Of a stretch of 64,000 nucleotides of DNA, positions 57,111 through 64,000 are shown one piece after another; the first letter of the stretch is position 1, and every line of letters starts with the position of its first letter. The translations under genes were made by a program, and so were the position numbers. The stretch lies in NCBI GenBank assembly GCA_016871495.1, contig VHDF01000020.1, forward strand, positions 1 to 64,000, written 5' to 3'. The notes under the pieces are model-generated. The model made no database searches, was not told the origin of the DNA, and saw nothing but the letters and a program-made list of their open reading frames with translations. Source of the stretch: Verrucomicrobiota bacterium. Lineage in GTDB: Bacteria > Verrucomicrobiota > Verrucomicrobiia > Limisphaerales > VHDF01.

Positions 57111-60100
57111 AGCCTATGATTGACACGCCTTCCTCGAGTGCGGCGGCGGATCGGGGGATCCGAGCTCCCATGCCTGCGGTCCTGAGCTGCCCGCCCTGGA
57201 CTTCGTATGTCCGGGGGTTGTTTGTCCTCTTGCTCGCGGGAGGGATGGGAGTGGCCCGGGGCGGTCCGGCGGAGGCGCAGAGTGTGAACATTCAAGGCGG
57301 CATTGCGGACGGCAAGGCGCGGCTGCTGATCGAAGCCCTCTTGAAAGAGCACGGGGAGGATCGATTAAAGGTTTTCCATACGACCTCCATCAACCATCAC
57401 CTGCGGGTTCAATCCGATCAGATTGAGCACGCCCTGGATTTGAAGTTCGAGGTTTTGCAGGGGGAGGCCAGGGAAGTTCAACTCGCCCTGAAAGGCGAAG
57501 GCGAAGTGGTGTCGGTCTCGGGCGAAGCGATTCAAGACTGGAGTGTGCGTCGCGAACCGGGCGGGTCGGCTTGGCTGGTGCTGCGGACTCGCAAGCGGGA
57601 CAAACCATGGGATCAGTTTCAGGCCTCTGTGGTTGCACTGACGAAACTTTCCGGGCTGCCCGCGACGGTTTCCCCGCTGGTCGTGCATGGCGCGGTCGCG
57701 GCTCTGGGCAGCGGGATGATTCGCGTCACGGACACACCCGAAATGTCGGCTGAGGTGGTCGAGTCGGCGGGACTTGTTTCCCTGCCTGGGGGGGCGGCGC
57801 AGGGGAATCGAGGTACTGCGGGCCAGGCCGGAACCGACGGGAGTGCTGCTTATCGGATCCAGGGAGAGCCCTATCGGTTCACGTTGAAATGCAGCTTGTC
57901 GGATCCGGAATCGAGAACGGTGGTTTTGCGAGGATTCGAGCTGAGGGGTGATCTGGGGGATGGTCGGGCGGGGTTCGAGCTCGTGGGAACGGCGAGAGTG
58001 GGAAACCCTCGAGGCGGGACCATGAGATTGCTGTCGGGCGGCGCTGCGTTGAGCGAGTCCCAGGATACAGGAGACGCGCGGCTGGAGTTTTCGGAGGGCG
58101 CCTATCGCCTGAAGTTCGATCGTCCGGGCGATTATTCGTTGCGGGTGCGTTTCAACGCGCAAGTGGCGCGGTCGAACGATTGGCAAACCGTGCGGTTTCA
58201 GGTCGCTCAGGGGGCGCTCCAGCCGGTGGTATTGAAAGGGCTTTCGCCCGAGGCCGAGGTTGAGTTTGCCGGCTCGGCCCGGGCGGTTCGTTCCGGGACG
58301 GAAGCGCGAGCCCATCTGCCTTCGGATGGGACGGTTCAATTTGCTTGGAAGAAGGCGCGCCCGGAACTTGAGTCCAAACTGTTTTACTCCGCCGAAATGC
58401 AAATGAACGTGGTGGTCGCGCAAGGTCTTGTGAAACAGGCGGCCCTGCTTCAGGGGCGGGTGATGCAAGGGGAGCTTGGGCAACTGGTTCTTCGACTCTC
58501 CGGTGCGGGAGATTTGACGCGGGTTCAAGGGGCGCAAATTCTGTCCTGGCAGGTGGCTCCAGCCGGGGGGGGGTCAGCCGACCGGCTTCTGACGCTGCGG
58601 TTCAATCAGGCGGTGAAGGAGCATTTCGTGGTGCAAATTCATTCACAGACGGATCTCGGGGCGTTGCCGGCGCAAGCTTCGCTGCTGCAATTGGCGCCGG
58701 AGGCGGCCACGCGATTCGCGGGACACATCCGGGTGGTCAACGAGGGGGTGGTCCGGTTGGAGGTGCTTTCGAGCCGGGGCCTGTCGCAGGTATCGCCCGA
58801 GCAGTTTCCCGAGAACGATCAAACCCGGAGCGTTTTTCCGGCGCCGGGTCCGCAGCGATTCGTGTTTCGCTTTTCGACGGCGGACTTTGGATTGACCCTG
58901 CGGGCCGACACCATTCTGCCGGAGCTGGGAGTTTCGCAGGTGCTTGTTTATCACGCGGGGGAGAACGAAACGTGGATTGAAGCGGAGTTCGACGTGGAGG
59001 TCAGGGAGGCGCCCATTCGCGAATTGCTCCTGCGCGTCCCCCAAGGTTATGCTCTGGCTAAAGTAAGCGCTCAAGGGATGAGCGATTATGTGCTTGGGAG
59101 TTCCGAGGATCAACCGGAGTTGCGGCTGGTTTACGGACAGCCCGTGCTGGGGCGCCAGTTGGTGCAATTGCGTCTGGAGCGGAATGCAGCGCTGGGAGCG
59201 AGCGCCTGGACGCTGCCGCGTTTGGAAGTGCCTCGTGCGAAGTCGGTGCGGGGGGCGGTGATCGTGTCTTCGGACATGGGGTTTCGGGTGAACGCGGGCA
59301 GAATCAGCGGGCTGGTCGAGTTGGCGACCGCCTTCGCCCCGAAGAAGGTCGTGGGCATTCAGGCTGCCTTCCGCCTGGTGGAACCCTCCTGGGCGGCGGA
59401 AGTCATGATCGAGCGGCTTCCGCAGACGATCCAGGCGGAAGCGTTTCATTTATTCTCGATCGGAGAGGGGCTCGCATACGGGGGGAGCACGATCCAATAC
59501 TCGATCGCAGGAGCTCCGAAGGGAGTCTTTCTGGTCGAGCTTTCGGAGGAGTATGCCAACGTCGAATTCACGGGGAAGGACGTGCGGGGCTGGCAGAAAA
59601 CACCCGAGGGTTATCGTGTGCAACTGCACAATCCGGTCGCGGGTTCGTTCACCATGCTGGCCACCTATGAACGCGCTTTCAAGCCGCAGGGCGCGACCCT
59701 CGCCTTCACGGGAGCACGTCCATTGGAAGTGCAGTCCGAGCAAGGCCACACGGTCGTTGTGAGCGCCTACCAATTTGCCGTCAAGCCCGTCAATGTCAGT
59801 CCTGGATTGATCGCGCTTGAGCCGGCGGAGGTGCCTTCCGAGTTTCGGCTCTTGTTCGACTCGCCCGTCCTGGCTGCGTATCGTTATGCCGCGCGCCCTT
59901 TTCAGCTCCAGCTTGAATTGAGCCCGCTGGCCCAAGGCGAAAGTTTAAGCCTGGTGGCCGACCGCGCCTCCTTCTCCACCCGGATTTCCAAGGACGGTGA
60001 AATCCTGACGACCGCGCGCTATTTTCTGAAGAATCGAGGCCACACGCATCTGCGCCTCGAGCTTCCCTCCGGAAGCGAATTGTGGTCCGCCACCATCGAC

Positions 60101-63100
60101 GGAGTGACCGCCGCGCCCATCAAGGATGGCGCCAGCAGCCTCCTGCCGCTGCCCAAACAACCGGATCCGAACACGGTGCAATCCCTCGAGCTCAAGCTGG
60201 CGAGCCGTGCCAGCACCGAGCGCTATCTTCGCGCCGCCCTGCCGGTGTTGTCGTGTCCGGTTCTGCTGGGCGATTGGAGCATTGCCGCGGATTCCGGGCG
60301 CCAACTGGTTTATCGGACGGGCTCGCTGGTGCCCTCGGGAGGGATTCCGGACCCTTCATCGTTTGCCACATTGGGCCGAGCCTGGCGCGATGCGCGCTCG
60401 TCCTTGGGGCTTTTGGCGTTGATCGCGTCGGGTCTGGTGCTTTTGGGATTGGCCGCGACTCGTTGGGCCAGTGGTTCCGAGGCGGCGAGGAACAAGGCAG
60501 TCTCCTGGCTGGCGAGATGGGTGGGGCTGCTGTCGCTCGTGCTCGCGCTGGCGGCCTTGATCCCGATAATGGAGACTGTCGGCCGTCATCGCATCGGAGA
60601 TGTGAGTGTGCTGCGTTTTGTGGCGCCTGTTCAGCAAGCAGGCAGTTCTCTGGCGGTTGAATTGGGCAATCTGCCTTCCGGGGTCTCCTGGGGGGGCAGA
60701 TTCTCCAGTCTGATTCCCGCGGCATTTGCCATCGGGTTGTGGTTGCTGAGTGTGAGGGAAGCCTGGACGTGGTTGCGACCGGTGTTGGGACCGATAGGCT
60801 GGACGCTGTTGGCGTGGTCCACTTTGAAAATGCCTGGCGCCGGAGAATGGTTTTTCGGCTTGTTGGCGGTCTTCCTCCTTTTCCGGGTTTGTGGTCCTGG
60901 GGTGCTTCGATTGTGGCGGGCGAAAGGATTGGGAGGAACGACCGGAGGAGGTTCGACCTCGGCCCCGGTGGTGGCGGCGCTGCTGGTGGGGATCATCGGG
61001 ATGGGCCAGCAGGCTCAGGCCCAGGCTTCGAGCCAGCAGCGTAGTGTCAACGAACCGGTTTTGACGGGGGAGACGGTCTCCAAGACGGCCTCCCGGAAAT
61101 CGGTGGCTGATTGGATCGAACAGGAGGTTCGCATTGAGGACCGGCATGTTCAGGCTCAAGTGATTTTGAAATGGCGGGCGTTGAAGGGGCAGTCGATTCC
61201 AGTGTTGGCGGGAACTGCGGTGTTGACCTCTTTGGAAGCCCCCACCAACGCAGTGCAGTGGGTGCTCGACGAGGCGGCGCCGGGCTCGGTTCACCGTCTC
61301 TGGGCATTGAAGGATGGGGCGGTTGAAGTCCGATTCTCCTATCAGACCGAGTCCCAGCTGCACGGCGGCATCCCGGGCTTTGTTTCGCCCGTTTTCCATG
61401 GACTGGTCAATCGATGGAGTCTCACCGTGCGAGGGGCGGAAGTGGAAGTTCACTCCCCGCAGTCGGTGGCGCATGAATCGCTGACCCGGGAAGGTCACAC
61501 CCACGCCAAGCTTGTGACGCTGCCTCTGGATCGAGCTTTGGTGACCTGGCGTCCGCGCAGCCGTGACACGCGCAGCGAGAAGGCGTCATTCTTTGTGGAG
61601 TCGGCCCACCTTTACGCCCCGGCGGCGGGGGTGGTCGATGGATTGCATTGGGTCCAGATCCGCCCGGTTCAGGGGGAGTTAGGCGAGTTGGCGCTGGAAG
61701 TGCCGGAGGCGATGGCCATTGCGGATGTGACGGACGGTGCCCTGAAGCCGGTCCCGGCCGAAGTCGGCACCCGGGCCAGGCCTGCGTCCCCGGCGCCCCT
61801 TCTCGCTTCCTGGAGTTTTGCGCCTGACTCGCGGGTGTTAAAAATTCAGATGGCTGCTCCGCAATCGCGGCCGTTCCAGCTCGTGATCCGTTCCCAATCT
61901 GCGGCGAGCCCGCTTCCCTTCACGAGAAAGCTTGGGATGATCTACGTGAAAGGAGCCGAGGGACACGTCGGCTTGGCTGGATTAGCCACGGGTGAAGAAG
62001 TGCAGCTCGATCGGGTCGATCCGTCGGGCATGAGCGCGATCAGCTTGGAGGACTTTCCAGGCGCCCCGATGGGGATCCTGTCGCAAACCCATCCCGGGTT
62101 GACCTTGCGCAGGGCTTTTCGAGCGGGCACCCGCGAAGGCATGCTTGAGGTGCGCGCCAGCGCCGTGGAACCCGATGTGCGAGTCGAATCCCAGCAAACC
62201 ATTTCCGTGGGAGAGGATCGCCTCGTGCTGGCAGCCAACTTGGTGGTCAGTGTGGCGAGGTCGGGCGTGTTTCGCTTCAGCTTCACGCTGCCGAACGGGC
62301 TCGAGGTCGAGTCTCTCTCGGGTAACGGCATGAGTCATTGGACTGAGCTCGCGCGTCCGGAAGGCCGTGTGGTCACGATGCATTTGCCGGGCAAGACCCT
62401 GGGGGAAACACGTTTTGCCATCACGCTGGCCGGAGCCGGATTGAAAGGGGTTCCGCGATGGACGGTTCCGAGACTGGAATTGCGGGAAGCCTCGAAGCAG
62501 CGGGGCCAGTTGATCATCGTTCCCGAACAAGGTTTGCGGGTGCAGGTCGGAAACCGCGAAAACGTCACCCAGCTCGATCCTCAAAAGGCCGGGATCCATC
62601 AAAAAGGCGTTCTGGCCTTCCGAATTTTGCAGGAGCAGTGGGTGTTATCCTTGGACTTGGCGCAAGTGGAATCCTGGGTGCAAGCGACCAGTTTGCAGCA
62701 CGTCACCGTGGGGCCGGCCCAAGTGCGGACTGGGGTGAACTTGCAGTATCAAATTGAAAACACCGGGCTCAAGGCCTTGCGGGTGCGGATTCCGACCAAC
62801 GCGGAAAGCCTGCGTTTCAAGGGCGATCAGGTCGCCGATTTCGTCGCCTTGGGCGACGCGGACGAGAACGGATTGCGCACGTGGGAAGTCAAACTCCACC
62901 GACGTGTCCTGGGACGATATCTTCTCCAAGCCAGCTTTCAGACCGGTCTCTCGTCCGAGGCGCAGGATTTCACGATTCAGGGAGTGCAAGCGGTGGACGC
63001 CGGACTGCAGCGAGGATTCGTTTCGCTTGAAGCCACGGGCCGGACCCAAGTCCGCCCTGGAACGGTGCCGGACGGGCTTCAGGCCTCGGAGTGGCAAAGC

Positions 63101-64000
63101 GTGCCCAGAACGCTGCAGCAAGACGTCGTGACCGCGTCCGCCAGTCACACGTTCCGGTTGGTGGACGCGTCGTGGCAGTTGCCGTTGAAGATTGAACGCC
63201 ACGAGGCCGCCAAGCTGTTGCCGGCCCGCGTCCAGTCTGTCACGTTGAGATCCGTCATTTCCGACGAGGGCGTGATGCTCACGGAAGCGCGGTTGGAGTT
63301 GTTTCCCGGGGACAAGCGGCTGCTTCAAATCGCTCTGCCGGCCGAGGCGAAGTTCTGGTATGCCCTCGTCAATCAGAATGGCGTGTGGCCATGGAAAGAA
63401 GGGGACAAGACTTTGATCCCCCTCGAGGCCGCCAAGTCCGGAGCCGTCTCGGTCGTGGAGATTTATTACTCGAGCCGCATCGGTTCCCCGCACACCCGGC
63501 GGCTGGACCTTGCCCTGCAAGGACCCAGGTTCGATCTGCCCCTGGAGAATATCGCTTGGCAAGTGCGATTGAATCCCAAGTGGCGTCTTGATTCATGGAA
63601 GGGCACGCTGGAGTTGAGGGAAGAGAGCTCTCTGCCGGTCGAGCCCTTCGATCTGGGCGGATACCTGAGCAGGGAGTCCAAGGCGCGAGCTGAGCGCAGC
63701 AAAGCGGCTGAGGAGTTTCTTAATTTCGGCAATCAATTGCTTGAAACGGGAGATCCCCAGCAAGCCCGCCGGGCGTTCCAAAATGCCTTCGGACTCAGCC
63801 GTCACGATCATGCGTTCAACGAGGATGCCCGGGTCCAGCTCCACAATCTCAAACTGCAACAAGCGATGGTGGGGTTGAACGTGCTCAACAACCGGCAGCC
63901 CGCCCGGGGGGAAACTCCCGCTGCGAAACAGGCGACGGCGGTCGCGGGCCGGGCCGGCGCCTACACCCAGGCCGAAGCCAAGGAACTCCTGGATGCGAAT
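57107..64000 (+). CDS. Giant membrane/secreted protein (at least 2,298 aa, 3' end beyond the window). Not present in the supplied ORF track.
   Basis: I translated frame 2 codon by codon from the ATG at 57107 to 64000 and found no stop. The ATG overlaps the anti-sigma gene's TGA (ATGA). There is an N-terminal TM/signal segment (GLFVLLLAGGMGVA), a central cluster of about 5 TM helices (around nt 60400-61030), and internally repeated beta-rich modules. Confidence 0.75.
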   Translation, partial: MKPMIDTPSSSAAADRGIRAPMPAVLSCPPWTSYVRGLFVLLLAGGMGVARGGPAEAQSVNIQGGIADGKARLLIEALLKEHGEDRLKVFHTTSINHHLRVQSDQIEHALDLKFEVLQGEAREVQLALKGEGEVVSVSGEAIQDWSVRREPGGSAWLVLRTRKRDKPWDQFQASVVALTKLSGLPATVSPLVVHGAVAALGSGMIRVTDTPEMSAEVVESAGLVSLPGGAAQGNRGTAGQAGTDGSAAYRIQGEPYRFTLKCSLSDPESRTVVLRGFELRGDLGDGRAGFELVGTARVGNPRGGTMRLLSGGAALSESQDTGDARLEFSEGAYRLKFDRPGDYSLRVRFNAQVARSNDWQTVRFQVAQGALQPVVLKGLSPEAEVEFAGSARAVRSGTEARAHLPSDGTVQFAWKKARPELESKLFYSAEMQMNVVVAQGLVKQAALLQGRVMQGELGQLVLRLSGAGDLTRVQGAQILSWQVAPAGGGSADRLLTLRFNQAVKEHFVVQIHSQTDLGALPAQASLLQLAPEAATRFAGHIRVVNEGVVRLEVLSSRGLSQVSPEQFPENDQTRSVFPAPGPQRFVFRFSTADFGLTLRADTILPELGVSQVLVYHAGENETWIEAEFDVEVREAPIRELLLRVPQGYALAKVSAQGMSDYVLGSSEDQPELRLVYGQPVLGRQLVQLRLERNAALGASAWTLPRLEVPRAKSVRGAVIVSSDMGFRVNAGRISGLVELATAFAPKKVVGIQAAFRLVEPSWAAEVMIERLPQTIQAEAFHLFSIGEGLAYGGSTIQYSIAGAPKGVFLVELSEEYANVEFTGKDVRGWQKTPEGYRVQLHNPVAGSFTMLATYERAFKPQGATLAFTGARPLEVQSEQGHTVVVSAYQFAVKPVNVSPGLIALEPAEVPSEFRLLFDSPVLAAYRYAARPFQLQLELSPLAQGESLSLVADRASFSTRISKDGEILTTARYFLKNRGHTHLRLELPSGSELWSATIDGVTAAPIKDGASSLLPLPKQPDPNTVQSLELKLASRASTERYLRAALPVLSCPVLLGDWSIAADSGRQLVYRTGSLVPSGGIPDPSSFATLGRAWRDARSSLGLLALIASGLVLLGLAATRWASGSEAARNKAVSWLARWVGLLSLVLALAALIPIMETVGRHRIGDVSVLRFVAPVQQAGSSLAVELGNLPSGVSWGGRFSSLIPAAFAIGLWLLSVREAWTWLRPVLGPIGWTLLAWSTLKMPGAGEWFFGLLAVFLLFRVCGPGVLRLWRAKGLGGTTGGGSTSAPVVAALLVGIIGMGQQAQAQASSQQRSVNEPVLTGETVSKTASRKSVADWIEQEVRIEDRHVQAQVILKWRALKGQSIPVLAGTAVLTSLEAPTNAVQWVLDEAAPGSVHRLWALKDGAVEVRFSYQTESQLHGGIPGFVSPVFHGLVNRWSLTVRGAEVEVHSPQSVAHESLTREGHTHAKLVTLPLDRALVTWRPRSRDTRSEKASFFVESAHLYAPAAGVVDGLHWVQIRPVQGELGELALEVPEAMAIADVTDGALKPVPAEVGTRARPASPAPLLASWSFAPDSRVLKIQMAAPQSRPFQLVIRSQSAASPLPFTRKLGMIYVKGAEGHVGLAGLATGEEVQLDRVDPSGMSAISLEDFPGAPMGILSQTHPGLTLRRAFRAGTREGMLEVRASAVEPDVRVESQQTISVGEDRLVLAANLVVSVARSGVFRFSFTLPNGLEVESLSGNGMSHWTELARPEGRVVTMHLPGKTLGETRFAITLAGAGLKGVPRWTVPRLELREASKQRGQLIIVPEQGLRVQVGNRENVTQLDPQKAGIHQKGVLAFRILQEQWVLSLDLAQVESWVQATSLQHVTVGPAQVRTGVNLQYQIENTGLKALRVRIPTNAESLRFKGDQVADFVALGDADENGLRTWEVKLHRRVLGRYLLQASFQTGLSSEAQDFTIQGVQAVDAGLQRGFVSLEATGRTQVRPGTVPDGLQASEWQSVPRTLQQDVVTASASHTFRLVDASWQLPLKIERHEAAKLLPARVQSVTLRSVISDEGVMLTEARLELFPGDKRLLQIALPAEAKFWYALVNQNGVWPWKEGDKTLIPLEAAKSGAVSVVEIYYSSRIGSPHTRRLDLALQGPRFDLPLENIAWQVRLNPKWRLDSWKGTLELREESSLPVEPFDLGGYLSRESKARAERSKAAEEFLNFGNQLLETGDPQQARRAFQNAFGLSRHDHAFNEDARVQLHNLKLQQAMVGLNVLNNRQPARGETPAAKQATAVAGRAGAYTQAEAKELLDAN

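Noticed and set aside
57365-63562. Six long minus-strand ORFs in the track (57365-58537, 58643-59449, 59450-59935, 60356-61504, 61982-62602, 62645-63562), plus several short plus-strand ORFs in other frames
   Set aside because: All lie antisense or off-frame to the continuous open plus-strand frame from 57107. Their products are low-complexity R/P/G-rich, which is typical of high-GC antisense frames.
1-64000. CRISPR arrays, rRNA and tRNA genes
   Set aside because: There are no regularly spaced direct repeats, no T-loop GGTTCGAATCC-like motifs in intergenic regions, and no rRNA-like conserved stretches. Every repeat I found is dispersed (the MITE and family-2 elements), not tandem.

Overview
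High-GC (~62%) bacterial window. The gene content suggests the Planctomycetes-Verrucomicrobia group: three PSCyt/DUF1549/DUF1553 + DUF1501 gene pairs, two prepilin-type '[25 protein letters not shown]' + DUF1559 proteins, several TAT-signal Gfo/Idh/MocA oxidoreductases, and a DUF1080 protein. I count about 40 protein-coding genes and found no rRNA, tRNA or CRISPR array.

Main points beyond routine annotation:
1. One frame stays open from 57107 to the window end (at least 2,298 codons; I checked it codon by codon). It is missing from the supplied ORF track. It encodes a giant membrane/secreted protein and is coupled by overlapping ATGA start/stop codons to an ECF sigma factor and an anti-sigma factor fused to a vWA (YfbK-like) domain.
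2. A 134-bp miniature inverted-repeat element with ~18-bp terminal inverted repeats is present in three intergenic copies, each flanked by a 9-bp target-site duplication.
3. A second, structurally distinct ~130-bp palindromic intergenic repeat is present in two copies.
4. Both genes of an nfeD-flotillin operon are apparently frameshifted by loss of one T in short T-runs.
5. An NtrC-type sigma-54 activator has an in-frame deletion of the C-terminal half of its AAA+ domain.
6. A eukaryote-like myo-inositol oxygenase is clustered with LuxE/LuxC-like enzymes and QueD.
7. A 1,150-aa multidomain protein ends in an azurin-like cupredoxin domain.
8. A sulfatase has Val in place of Pro in its CxPxR maturation motif.
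9. A Hanks-type kinase has a tyrosine-kinase-like catalytic loop.

The ORF track translates alternative start codons as M. Many long ORFs in the track are antisense artefacts of the high GC content; the main ones are listed under noticed_but_rejected.
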